The position numbers and the translations under genes are program-made. Below, piece after piece: positions 51,396 to 64,000 of a DNA stretch of 64,000 nucleotides. Position 1 is the stretch's first letter, and each line of letters opens with the position of its first letter. Source of the DNA: Octopus bimaculoides (taxonomy: Eukaryota); NCBI RefSeq assembly GCF_001194135.2, contig NC_068992.1, positions 13,170,102-13,234,101 on the forward strand, given 5' to 3'. The notes beneath the pieces are model-generated. The model made no database searches, was not told the DNA's origin, and worked only from the letters and a program-made list of their open reading frames with translations.

Positions 51396-52311
51396 GTACT
51401 ACATAGACTACCGATTTACTATGTACAATGAAACCACATATACTTTCAGAAACTAACACACTTCCAGTAACATTTCTGTCATTTGATGGTGAGGAAAAAA
51501 AATGACATATGTCGCATTCATATGGACATAGTTTTTCATTTCTTCACACAGTATCTCAGTCGTTAGCTTGAGCTCGTAATATACCGTCTAAGAGGAAATT
51601 TTTCCATGGCTTCCATTCGCATCTGTAAACTTATTAATTTCTCTTAAATTTCACTCATGCTACATATGTTGTATTTTTGTAGGTCTTTTTTTCGTTGCAC
51701 AAACTTAACTGTATCTATCATTGCTCTATTACAACCAAAGGAAATTGACAATTTAAGATATAAACGTTTAAGCACTGAGAAAGAAGACATTATGAATTCA
51801 CCAACATTATTCTAATGACCCAATAGATATCGGTTCTGATATCGCTTTCCTCATATACAAGATACCGTATATTAATGGGTTAAATGGAAATTTATGAAAA
51901 TAATTCTTACAAATGTTTTTCTTAGAAATTTGCGACTATGTATGAAGCATATATTTAATTTAAAAGATATTCATGCCCTTAATTTTTAAAAATGCTAATA
52001 TATGTTCAACATTGTATAATGAGTCACTCATTTTAGGTTATGATATCCTCATAATATGTTTTATTTCTTGAATAATGTATTGCAATTTTCTTTTTTTTTA
52101 TCAGGTTAGTCTGCAATGATTTTTAGTAGTATAAAATATATGAGAACTTAATTCTTTGAAAGAGGAAAGCTTTCAAAAATAGAATTAATATAATTATAAC
52201 TCAATAACGCAAGCCAATAAAAGACATGCAATCATTCCGGTGTAATTATGAATGAAATAATAAATTTAAACCGAATACTCAAGCGATTTTATTCTAACAA
52301 GATATATGTAT

Positions 52312-52366
52312 GTATGTGGCTGTGTTGTAAGAAGCATGGCTCCCAACTACATGGTTTCGGGTTCAG
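52312..52366 (+). mobile_element. CORE-SINE family B head only
   Basis: GTGGCTGTGTTGTAAGAAGC..CCCAACTACATGGTTTCGGGTTCAGT, a tRNA-like head homologous to 7020-7090. Confidence 0.7.
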
Positions 52367-52599
52367 TAAATAATGTAAATAATGTACATAATTTCTCATC
52401 TCTTAAATATAAAACTGTTACTGAAACAAATAAAATAAATTGATATAATTATATATATATAGGGTATTGGATAGAAACTAACCCATATACATCTACTTAC
52501 CAGACCATCACATTTTACTGACCCAAGATGATCAACATTTCCGCGAAGCCATCAACAAAACCAACTCTGCTGATAAATATAAGAAACGTTTTCGAAAGC

Positions 52600-52844
52600 A
52601 ATTGCAAATGAAAAATTGCGAAGCTAAGAGACCTCTGCAATAAAACAATACGTGTTGAAATTTCGAAAAGAAGATTGACTCGGTGGAAGAGATTATTTAA
52701 CCTTTCATGTTCTACCAAACAACAACAGAAACATGCACGGTGCAGATTTGGAGACCTTTGAAGAACAGTTAGACACATCATTATCTGAGATACCGGGTGA
52801 TATCACCGAAGTAAATACCCCAAAACAGCGGCTCTGTTGAAATT
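52600..52844 (+). mobile_element. CR1/L2-like LINE 3' fragment
   Basis: RNMHGADLETFEEQLDTSLSEIPGD resembles DLHGVEVDGFNKQLDLLL at about 17790. Confidence 0.55.
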
Positions 52845-53255
52845 NNNNNNNNNNNNNNNNNNNNNNNNNNNNNNNNNNNNNNNNNNNNNNNNNNNNNNNN
52901 NNNNNNNNNNNNNNNNNNNNNNNNNNNNNNNNNNNNNNNNNNNNNNNNNNNNNNNNNNNNNNNNNNNNNNNNNNNNNNNNNNNNNNNNNNNNNNNNNNNN
53001 NNNNNNNNNNNNNNNNNNNNNNNNNNNNNNNNNNNNNNNNNNNNNNNNNNNNNNNNNNNNNNNNNNNNNNNNNNNNNNNNNNNNNNNNNNNNNNNNNNNN
53101 NNNNNNNNNNNNNNNNNNNNNNNNNNNNNNNNNNNNNNNNNNNNNNNNNNNNNNNNNNNNNNNNNNNNNNNNNNNNNNNNNNNNNNNNNNNNNNNNNNNN
53201 NNNNNNNNNNNNNNNNNNNNNNNNNNNNNNNNNNNNNNNNNNNNNNNNNNNNNNN

Positions 53256-53300
<45 letters not shown>

Positions 53301-54052
53301 ATATATATACACAGACAGACACACACGCATATACACATACACACACAAACACACGCACACATACACACACAGACACACTCACACACGCACGCACACGCAT
53401 TCACACACACGCACACACACACAAACGCACATATACATATATATGCAGGTATGTATTGCACAGTGAATAAAAATTAAACTTCCAGGCAACTAAATATGTT
53501 CAATACATTCTTAGGTAACTGCAGTTATATTTACTTATTTTAACCATTTGCAGTTTTAATTATAATTCTTTGATCATTTAATTAAACCACCCAAAGCCAA
53601 CATCGCCATTTCTCTTGACATTTTTTTTTACGTAAAAACGAAGAAACACCGAAAATTTATTGCCAATTACGGTTTAATCAGTAACATAAAAGAAGTGATA
53701 TCGATTTGGTATCGGTTATTACAATAATTATAGGCGACCATAGCAATATCCTTTGATAAATGATATGATTATTTTCAATGAAATTATATCGATTTTACAT
53801 ATTGATGAGAAATAAAGCTTATAAAACTAAATAATCTTACGTATTTGATTTAAAATGGTGTCAGAAACAATTGATTTTAAGAGATAGTTAGTGGGCGGCG
53901 GATGTGTAACAACACAAATAAACACACATAGCGATTAATGTCTTCGGTCGCGTAGTAAGAAGCGGAAATTGAAACATATTTATATGTATATGTATATGTA
54001 GATATTGAATATATACATGTATATATTTATATATGAATGCTTATATGTATGT

Positions 54053-54088
<36 letters not shown>

Positions 54089-54617
54089 NNNNNNNNNNNN
54101 NNNNNNNNNNNNNNNNNNNNNNNNNNNNNNNNNNNNNNNNNNNNNNNNNNNNNNNNNNNNNNNNNNNNNNNNNNNNNNNNNNNNNNNNNNNNNNNNNNNN
54201 NNNNNNNNNNNNNNNNNNNNNNNNNNNNNNNNNNNNNNNNNNNNNNNNNNNNNNNNNNNNNNNNNNNNNNNNNNNNNNNNNNNNNNNNNNNNNNNNNNNN
54301 NNNNNNNNNNNNNNNNNNNNNNNNNNNNNNNNNNNNNNNNNNNNNNNNNNNNNNNNNNNNNNNNNNNNNNNNNNNNNNNNNNNNNNNNNNNNNNNNNNNN
54401 NNNNNNNNNNNNNNNNNNNNNNNNNNNTAATCTAAAACGAAACACAAATATAATTCAAAAATGCATTTCCATACGTTTAACCTATTTCTTTAGAACTCCA
54501 AACAACCGCTAGGGCAGATTCTCGCTTCCAGAAACCGACAGGTAAAACAATGACTTGTATTTTTCGTTTCAATCTTCCCTAGCCTAGTTTTCTTCCTAAC
54601 TCTCTGTATATCAGTTT

Positions 54618-54618
54618 G

Positions 54619-54687
<69 letters not shown>

Positions 54688-54688
54688 T
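54618..54688. repeat. (TATC)n microsatellite
   Basis: Direct reading. Confidence 0.95.
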
Positions 54689-55759
54689 TTTCTATCTATC
54701 GATCTATCTACGATTCATGATTTTTTTTATTTGACTTGCAATATTCTATTTGTGAACTCGTGTTTTGGATCCAATAGTATTAAACGTAGGTATGTGCGGC
54801 CATTACAAACACAGACACTTGTTTCCGTTTAACTCTCTTATTGTTTGCCAATTGTCAATTGGTTACTTATATATGCAACTAGGTAATCCATTGCTTGCTT
54901 AATTACTCTTTTAGTTACTCAATGTTCGTCAAAGTCCTTTTGTCGCTATTCGCAAAACTAATTACGTGCATGTGTGTATGTGTGTGTGTGTGTGTATGCG
55001 TGGGTGTGCATGTTTAGCGTTTCCGTCGATGAAATCGACTCAAGTACTTGACTTTTCTTTGCTTTGTAAGCCAGATGAATTAACGAAGGGCTTTGAAGAA
55101 ATTAAACTATTGTGACTAAATGATGCTTAACATGCATTTCGACGATCTGTTTATTGTAAACGCAAACACACACCCCACACACATACATCAGATATGCATA
55201 TACATCTACTTTCTGGCATATACATACAGCTAAGTAGTATATCAATGCTAGGTTTCTTCTTACCAGAGACTTTGAAATCATTATTAACGTATCGTGATGT
55301 ATCTTGCCGGTCAGGGGAAATAAATCTGAATATAATTCTGAAAGAATATTCAAACATCCGTGTCTTTTACTCTCTGAATGAGATATCAATTTGTAACACG
55401 TGATGCAACTCGACAATACTTCTCTTTGAATTGAAATAAACGGAGGAAAGGATATTTGAAAGTGATTGTGTTTTCTGTGATATGATTTTAATGGATTAGA
55501 ATCTATGCATTTGGACCATTATTTTCTTGGAAATAAACCCTTTTGTAGTTAGTATAAAGGAGCAATACTTCGACGATCGAGATGTAGAGATAGATGACAA
55601 TACAGAAGGAAATGGTGGAAGATGTCGTAGATGAAAGAGTTTGTCAGAAAGTGGATGGGAAAAAAGAAGAATGGAGAGGGAGAATGGGAGGAGGAGAAGA
55701 AAGACAAAGGGGGCAAAGAAGAAGAGGAATAATAATAAAAAAAATAATGATAATACTAA

Positions 55760-55760
55760 G

Positions 55761-55843
<83 letters not shown>

Positions 55844-55975
55844 AAGAAGAAGATGAAGAAGACGAATAAGAAAAAGAAGAAGAAGAAGGAGGAAGAGGTG
55901 GAGGGTGACGACAACGGGGAGTGGAAAAGGAAGAGAAAGAGTAGGGAAGAAGAAGAAGAAGAAGAAGAAGAAGAA

Positions 55976-56007
<32 letters not shown>

Positions 56008-56011
56008 AGAA

Positions 56012-56042
<31 letters not shown>

Positions 56043-56150
56043 AAGAAGAAGAAGAAGAAGAAGAAGAAGGAGAAGAAGAAGAAGAAGAAGAAGAAGAAGA
56101 AGAAGAAGAAGAAGAAGAAGAAGAAGAAGAAGAAGAAGAAGAAGAAGAAC
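55760..56150. repeat. (TAA)n + long (GAA)n microsatellite complex
   Basis: Direct reading; source of the poly-K/F/S/L ORFs. Confidence 0.97.
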
Positions 56151-57594
56151 AGCAACAACAACAAGAGGAAGACACGATGAAGAATGACGAGAAGAGGTGT
56201 TTGTGGAGGAGAAGCAGAAGGAAATAATAAGAAGAAAACGGTCAAAGACTACTAACGAGACTTGGGAAGCGACTAAGAAGAACACAGAGAATAAGAATCA
56301 ATGCGTGAATAACAGAATAAAGTATTTCATCGTGATAAGGGTCTAGCAATTCCATGAGCATATTGCAGAATAAAGATATGGCTTAAAACCACATCTGATC
56401 CTTCCGGGCAACCATTATATTCACTCATCCTTTTATTGTGGTGTCATTAATTTTCAGCCTAATTTCCCACAAAGCATTTTGTTGTTTTGAAAAATTGTTT
56501 TTCTTATTGTTCAGAAGTGGTGTCCTTTTTCTTCATGTCTTAATCTCTTTCAAGTTCAGTTTTGAAAAGGAAAAAATAAATAAATAAATAAAATAAAATA
56601 AAATGAATGGAAATAAATAAATAAATGAATAAATAAATAAATAATAAAAACTGCAATCGGAAGCCTTCATTGAACCTGAATTCTTTTTTTTACGTAGTTA
56701 TTTTTATTTTAGACATTTGTCTTTTGTTATATTTGTAAAATGAAGCATGACTGGTTTCACATGGTCAGTTTTCTTGTAATGAGCTGTTTATTCGAATGTC
56801 AAAGGGTTACTCTTAATATCTCAACCAAAGACTTGCTGCTGCTGAATTTGTGGGAAACTCACAGTTCTATATGTATGTGTACGCTTTCGTTAGTAAAATG
56901 TGTGTGTGTATGTGTGTGTGCCTTTGTATCTTTCTCTGTGCGCACGTGTGCGTATTGCTTCTGCTTTATAATTTGTTTTTGTTTAATAATATTGATCAAA
57001 TTGAAAGCTATCTTACAATCTAAATTCGAATATCAACGAAATGATAAGGCATCTGGCAGTTTTATTGCATCATTGCTGAAGACCTAAAAAATTCCTTGAT
57101 CGTGATATTCCATTCTGATCTTTATTTTACGTTTATTTTTTTTTTTTTAAATTTTCTTTATACAGATATAAAAAATAAAGAAGTAAAATAATACATACGC
57201 TGGCGTATACAAGTAGACTTGACTCTCGGAACACATAGCACATTGTACATCGACTACATCGTTTGCCCCCCCCCCATGTGTTCGTATCAACTGCCGGAAA
57301 TAGCAACGAAATGAACGTTCCAATCATGTTCTGCCAATCATAGAACTGAACGAAAATATAATAACAAATGACGTATTTGATATTTTAAATTACAGTAAGG
57401 AAATGACATTGGTCATTGGTTTTCTTGGCCTAAGGTTGGACAATTGGACAATTGGACAATATTTCTTTCTTATGCGGAGGTAAACAGCGTGTGATCATTA
57501 GAGTAATTAAAAAAACTACACGCTTTTCACATATCCCACAACAATGAGAGAGAACCCATTAAAATAGAGAGAGAGTGAGAGTGTGGGTGTGTGT

Positions 57595-57658
<64 letters not shown>

Positions 57659-57734
57659 ATTAAAATATTAAAAAATATAATATCAAAAAAATCATTCTGA
57701 AAATCATAATAAGAATGTCATAAATGCAATACAC

Positions 57735-57940
57735 TTGAATACAGGGCGAGCAGTTTTTCAGGGGAAGGGGTATTGGATACATCGAACCCAGTATTTGACT
57801 AGTAAGAATTTCATCGACTCCGAGCAGTTCTGATAAATAAAGTGGATGTCGGTGGTATTTGATGTGAGAACAAAATGACACAGAATGCCGCTAAGCAATT
57901 TTTCCGGCGTGCGAACGATTCTACCAGCTCACCGTCTTAC
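57735..57940 (+). mobile_element. SINE-like repeat, family A
   Basis: GGATACATCGAACCCAGT..ATCGACTCCGA..AATGCCGCTAAGCAATTTTCCGGCGTGCGAACGATTCTACCAGCTC. Confidence 0.8.
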
Positions 57941-58552
57941 TCTATGTATTAAGTAATGCCTCGTATCAACATTGAGAGATGAGATTTGGCTGGTATTTCG
58001 ACCCGACAGAATAACTAATTAAAAAGTTGTCAATAACTTAATGTATAACAGATGTGACGTAAATTACTAGGAGCAGTTTCACGTCACTAAGCTCATATTT
58101 TCTTTCTATCACCTATTCTCTATGCACTAAATTAAAGCCTAGATGAAAAGTGTTTTAGAAAAGTTTACCAAATGACAGATTGTTCAAAACATTGACATCC
58201 TATTTCCTCAAGGGAATATTCAAATATCTGATTGACCTCTAGCATATGCATGAATGTAGCTCCATATATGCGTGTGTTTGTATATATGTTTGTGCGTATG
58301 TTTGTGTGTATATGAGCGTAAGTGATCGCTGAGAATCGAGGTGTCCGAATGATTTTGTTGTTTCGAGTGAGCGAGGTAAAGTAGGAAAGTGTAACATGAA
58401 CAAAATATTTATAATATATATCACGAAAGTGATAATTGCGTTCCTCTTGATTAGTGCATTACAATATATCCCCCGTATATATATATGCAGGCGCACATAA
58501 GTATATATATGTATATATATATGGACGTATATAAAATATACATACGTGTTTG

Positions 58553-58584
<32 letters not shown>

Positions 58585-59589
58585 GAAGCAGTCATACATT
58601 TTTTATTGATGTATTATAGGCCTATTTACAAGTTGTGGTCAACAAATAATTAGTAGTTTGAAATAAATCCCTTCCCTGCCTTCATGATTGCCTTATAGTT
58701 TTGACTTTAACAGTAAAGAGAATTATATAATAAGTTCTTCTTCTTAAGGCTGTTTAATATAACTTCCCTGAGAACGGTTTAGAAGAAACCTCATGGGGTG
58801 TAGTTTAATATTTGGAGCTACCAACTGACTGTCCATACGTAGATTACAATTAAGCTGAAAGGAGATAAATTTTACGTAAACATTATTATATCTAATAGAA
58901 ATAATTCATTTCAATATATTACAATTTCTCATATCCAATGGATGCAAAAACCATTATATCGTAACGCAGGCTAAATCCCTGTGATATGTACAAGGATTGA
59001 TATTCCAATTCGAATTTGATATGAGATTTAGGGTGCTTCATATAAAATATAGCAAGAAGTTTAATTAAAGTTTGCAATAGTCCTTGGCATTTTGCGTCAG
59101 CTTGCTAACAAGCACATTGCGCTCGCCTTGGTGTAATTAAAGGAAACCTGTCTATATACAACGGTGAATGAGTTATAGCTTAGAAGAAGCCAGTTATATT
59201 GATAATCTCGTTATCCTCCGAATTAAACCTTGTTAATGCACGGAAGGCACAAGATTCAGAGTGGATGTCAGCTCATTCAAACGTTACGTGCAACACTTTA
59301 ATGAATTACTGGATATTCCGCTAGGAACTGACAATAAGCCTTTTTATATTTACCGTATGAAAGTCTGCAATATGTGTATCGTGTTCCTGTCCACAAAATA
59401 TTCACTTTCTATCCTCTGAAAATGTAATATTAGTGCACGGTTGAAGTAATAAAATGTCATATAGCCATGTCAATTTGATTATATAATATTCGGCAACGAA
59501 AGATTGCTACATGTGTGACTCACCTTATAGATATATATTTATATGTACCTTGTTGTGAGTCGGGGACCATGGGTTCATGATGCATCATC

Positions 59590-59870
59590 TCTTTCTTTCT
59601 CCTCCTACATTTTGATATGTTTGTGCATTCAGCCAAAGTTCTTCTCCTACCGTTTTATATCCAGCTAGCGTTCTCTCGGCTTCACCTCCCTCGTTTCCTA
59701 TTTACGCTTCACCCTTGGAAGTGGCTGCTGAAGTTCTGGGCCTTAATCCCCGTACCCAAAATCCTGCATCTTTCTTTTGATCACAATCGCCAAACGTTCA
59801 CTTTATATTCTTGTCTCAACAATTACAGATTCACTTCTTCCATATAATCCCAGGTAATCCAAGCTGTTTT
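59590..59870 (-). mobile_element. RTE-clade LINE C-terminal remnant
   Basis: Minus strand, frameshifted LAIVIKRKMQDFG..GPELQQ..KRK.RGR..W.D..GRRRTLAECT resembles the RTE motif IKRRKL.YFGH...GKR.RGRP..W.D. Confidence 0.55.
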
Positions 59871-61394
59871 CCGATCCCTCTCCAACACATACAAAAACAC
59901 ACGCAGGTATATAAGTACCTATATAAGTACACATGTACGTATGTTTGTGTATGTGTATGTATGTATGTATGTATGTATATATATATATATGTGTGTGTAT
60001 ATACGTACGTATGTATGCATGTGTATATACGTGGGTTGCGTTTATTGTCTGTTTCTTTTTAAAATTCGATACGCGTTTCGGTTATAAGTTTAGCAAAAAA
60101 TATATTTTAACATGGATGGATTGCGACAATTTGGACATTCTTTTTCAGAACATTTAGCTGTTGAATTGACTTTCGAATAGTTCGATAATAATGAACCAAA
60201 TTCTCAAATAAAGCAGATAATTCCCAAATTAAATTATAATTTCCCTAAAACGTACCGATATTAATGGAGTGTTTCAGAAAGTGTCATTAATTTTATCAAC
60301 AAAGTATGGAGCTTTAATGGTTAACTTAATGTATAACAGAAGAGCTTTTGATAAGTGAAGAATATTTGAATACCGTTATAAATATACCCATGCAGGGTTT
60401 AGTAACTTCATGAAAGTAAAGATGATATAATGTTAAATAGAAGACAATGATTTGTTTTTTAGTTAATGCTATGGATTCATTAATTTTTAATCCAAAAGTA
60501 AAGACAGGAAATAATAACATCTGAATTAAATATGAGTGGATAACGGAAAATGCATTTTAATATTGCCTATGTGCATTTTAATATTGGCTGTGTGCAATAT
60601 CTTTCATGAATTAAGATCAAATGCTAAATGTTTCTAAATATGCATCTAGCTACTCCTCAAAATATTTTATCGAAAACTTTAAGTTACTTATTCATATACA
60701 GACCTTTTAATATATCTAATTTAGTATAGGTAATATGAAATCGAACATAAAAGACAAATCTATTCACGCAAGACATCTAAGGTGTTGTTGATGACCGATC
60801 AGTTTCTTAATCAAAAGATTCTATCTTGCTCGAAAGAAGAACAGTAGCATTAACCCCAAAGGGGTGAGACGTTGACTGCGGTGTGTTAGGGTCGTCAGAA
60901 GGTTGTGTTGCATCAAAGAGATATGGATTCTATCTACTTAACAAGAATATACATAGACAAGTTAGACTGACGACATTCTTCACATTGCTTTCCTCCTGGA
61001 TTTCCTCACCAGAATGTCTCGATCGAATAAAAACCTGAATATTTTAAACGCACAGGATGTTACCCAATTTCGGAATTGTAAAACTTTGTTTTTGAGGTAA
61101 CAACGCGTAAACCAAAATAATTATCATTGTTAATGGATGTTACTGTTACCAATTCATAGGTCGACAATGCCTTGACAACCACTTCTGGATGGGTCGTAGT
61201 TTTAATAATCTTTGAAATGTTTGGCAAAAAGCAGCAGGTTTTGGAGGGAGGAATACGATTCGTATTCATTTTATTGAACACAAAAGAATGAAAAGGAAAG
61301 TGACTCGCGCAGCATTAAAACTCAGAATGTGAAGTGCGAAGAAATGCTGCAAAGCATTTTGATCAACGCATCCGCCACACACTCTCTCTTTCCG

Positions 61395-61477
<83 letters not shown>

Positions 61478-61510
61478 TTCTCTCCCGTCTCTTCTCCCCA
61501 CACACATATA

Positions 61511-61573
61511 TAAGGCGGTGCTCCAGCATGGCGACGGTCAAATGACTGAAAAAAACAAAAGAATAAAAGAATA
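61511..61573 (+). mobile_element. CORE-SINE family B tail
   Basis: AAGGCGGTGCTCCAGCATGGCGACGGTCAAATGACTGAAA..AAAAGAATAAAAGAATA. Confidence 0.85.
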
Positions 61574-61786
61574 TATATTACTAAATTTCTTCCTAAATCT
61601 GCTCCATTGATAAAAGTAAATAAAATAGGAAGTATCGATAAAGTTAATTCCAATATTGAATTTAAATAAAGCCAAGTCATTCATTTCCTTGCCTCGAGGT
61701 CGTTGAGAGAATAAGAAAAAAGAAAGAAGAAAAGGAAATCAATCGTATATATTCATAAATGTTTTAAATCTTTTCTATTATATGCA

Positions 61787-61897
61787 GAAGGCCTGAAGTT
61801 TTAGGGGGGAGGATTAGTCGATTACATCGACCCCAGTGCTCAACTGGGCCTTATTTTATCGACCCGAACGGATGAAAAGCAAAATCAACCTCGGTGA
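61787..61897 (+). mobile_element. SINE-like repeat, family A (5' half, well preserved)
   Basis: TAGTCGATTACATCGACCCCAGTGCTCAACTGGGCCTTATTTTATCGACCCGAACGGATGAAAAGCAAAATCAACCTCGG. Confidence 0.9.
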
Positions 61898-63847
61898 CAT
61901 AAAAATTAATATTGAATATTAAATATTAAAAAAATGTATGAAACTATAAGTAGCTTGTGCTCAGCAGTGCACATCGAAAGGGAAGTAACTCTGTATGTCG
62001 TGTTATTTCACATATCTATAATCTCGTTAGGGATTCTTTTTAATATTATTCATTGTCGACAAAAGAACAAACAAACGTAACTGAAAACAATACCTCCGCC
62101 TTCTCTAAGGCGGTGATAATAACAACAAAAACTACAATAACAACAACAATAATGATAATATTATAAATTTCTTACGAAATATTTTGACTCAGTATATTGA
62201 CACCAATTCCAGTATTCTTATCGATGCGATAGAATTGCTATGATTTAAATCATCCTGTTATAAATGGCTAGCTCACACTGAATCTTGTGTTTGCTATTCT
62301 TTTACCGATTTCAACGGCCTCGACAAAATATTACATCTAATATTTCTTTGATATATTTTCGCTTTTCTTAGCCTTTCCTTAAAGCGATTTATATATTTTT
62401 TATATCTGTTATAATGTTCTAATTTCAAATCACGCTTGGATTGAGATGTGTTATTACATTCCTTACAGAGAGTTTCGAAGTCGATCCCAGTATGTTCGCA
62501 TTTCAATGAGTGAAACAAATAGCTGTGTACATTCAAGCAACTATAAAAGGAGAATATTTGGTTTGAATCAGTGAGGTTTAATGGGGAATGTATTTTGAAA
62601 TGACTGGAACTCGTATCTGCAAAACTTATAAAATATTAGGTTTCTTGTTTGGGAACTTACATGTTTGTTTTTTTATGCGCTCTATCCTGTACAATAAACG
62701 GTGGCAATAAACGAATGTTCTGACTTACAAAAATAGATGATTACCATTTATGTTGAAATAGCCTTTAAGAACATGTTTAATATAACATTTATATATTTGA
62801 AATTGTTGAGAGGAACATACGCTTTCCATTGCGGAAGAATTATTTCTAAAAGAACTGAAATACGCAATACAATAAATTGCAAAACTTTAGAAACAGCTAG
62901 GTCTACGCTAATGTTTGTGTGAAATGAACAGAGAGGATATATTTTACGAGGATCAAATGCAATAATATTGAAATGGTAAAAAGAAATTTTAAATTTCATT
63001 TCGTATTTAGAAACACACAACTGAATATTTTTAAACTAACATTTTAAAAGGGCACATGTGTCAGAAAATAATATTTTCTCTTGTTTTATTTTACTTCAGA
63101 AGCAGGTTTATCAATACCCTGATAATTTTTATTGTTGTTACGAAAGCAGATGTTATATCTAAAAAACGAAGACAAATACAAGAAACAAAGCTTTTCATGA
63201 AATTTCATTGGATCAATTTAGAAAATTTTACCAAAATATTGAATTTTAAAGTTTATTTCTTCATTCTAAATTTCATATATGTATATATTTCTCTGTGTTT
63301 GTCTTCTGTGAACAAACATTCATTTCTTTTCGCACATTTTACGGAAAAAAATCTTCCATTTTTTTTATAGCAATATGTATATAATAAAAGTTTGAATATC
63401 ACAGAACAATAGTTTGTAATGCTGAAATTCATTACAAATAAAAGAATTTTATATTCTTATAGAATTTTTAGAAATCATTAAAACGAATTTGAACAAAAAA
63501 ATTAATATAGATTACCTTTTGTCTAAATGATATTTAAATTGCAAAATATAAACTTCAATGAACGAGACGAAAGATTTATGTCTGGTTCGATACCACAGCG
63601 CGGAAAGAATTGGCCTCTGTCATTGCTGTAGTTCTGTATTTCGGGATGATTTTTATTTTGATAAAAAGGTTTACAGTAAATGAGTCTGGTATGAGTTTCC
63701 AGATTCAAATAGACGTTTTCAAACTGTTTTACTGTTTGCATAACTAGCCCAAAAAATTTCTACATGTATGCACATAAGAAAATATACACAAAAAGGAAAA
63801 CAATACAAAAAAAATTCAAAAGCATGTGTAGAAGAAGAAACAGAAGT

Positions 63848-63980
63848 CTTCTTCTTCTTCTTCTTCTTCTTCTTCTTCTTCTTCTTCTTCTTCTTCTTCT
63901 TCTTCTTCTTCTTCTTCTTCTTCTTCTTCTTCTTCTTCTTCTTCTTCTTCTTCTTCTTCTTCTTCTTCTTCTTCTTCTTC
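63848..63980. repeat. (TTC)n microsatellite
   Basis: Direct reading. Confidence 0.97.
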
Positions 63981-64000
63981 TACACACAGGCTTTTGAGAT

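Noticed and set aside
55496-56285. Poly-F/K/L/S ORFs of 90-250 aa (and similar YI, HT, VC and poly-I ORFs throughout)
   Set aside because: These are translations of simple repeats that happen to lack stop codons.
60068-60095. Minus-strand GAAACGCGTA with palindromic stem III
   Set aside because: No CUGAnGA core or stem I nearby.
61060-61281. 73-aa minus-strand ORF with possible splice sites
   Set aside because: Weak acceptor and donor and no recognisable motif.
62294-62536. ORF with CKEC..H resembling a C2H2 zinc finger
   Set aside because: The spacing is C-x2-C-x13-H with no second His, and it is isolated rather than in an array.

Overview
AT-rich, repeat-saturated metazoan DNA from a short-read-style scaffold. 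I count 17 N-gaps, most abutting (TA)n/(CA)n arrays. The SINE families, microsatellite load and LINE types look like an octopus/coleoid cephalopod genome; this is inferred from recognising repeat families, not from a search. No intact protein-coding gene is recognisable, and nearly all ORFs in the supplied track are microsatellite or N-gap artefacts. The window looks intronic or intergenic. It holds decayed mobile elements: many copies of two SINE families, CR1/L2-like LINE fragments, four restriction-like-endonuclease (R2-superfamily) retrotransposon remnants, Penelope-like and RTE remnants, a Tc1-like transposase with DD35E spacing, a fold-back mariner derivative and a pogo/Tigger-type MITE. 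The most interesting observations are: (1) two minimal type-I hammerhead-ribozyme-like motifs (10620-10656; 15833-15872, a roughly 50-bp cassette between two (TA)n arrays) plus a third degenerate one near a Penelope remnant; (2) RLE retrotransposons sitting at (GAT)n and (CATA)n microsatellites; (3) a compact candidate cis-regulatory module (octamer, DR4 and repeated CCAAT/E-box composites) at 21.8-22.1 kb; (4) a 3' tail shared by the CR1/L2-like LINE and the CORE-SINE.
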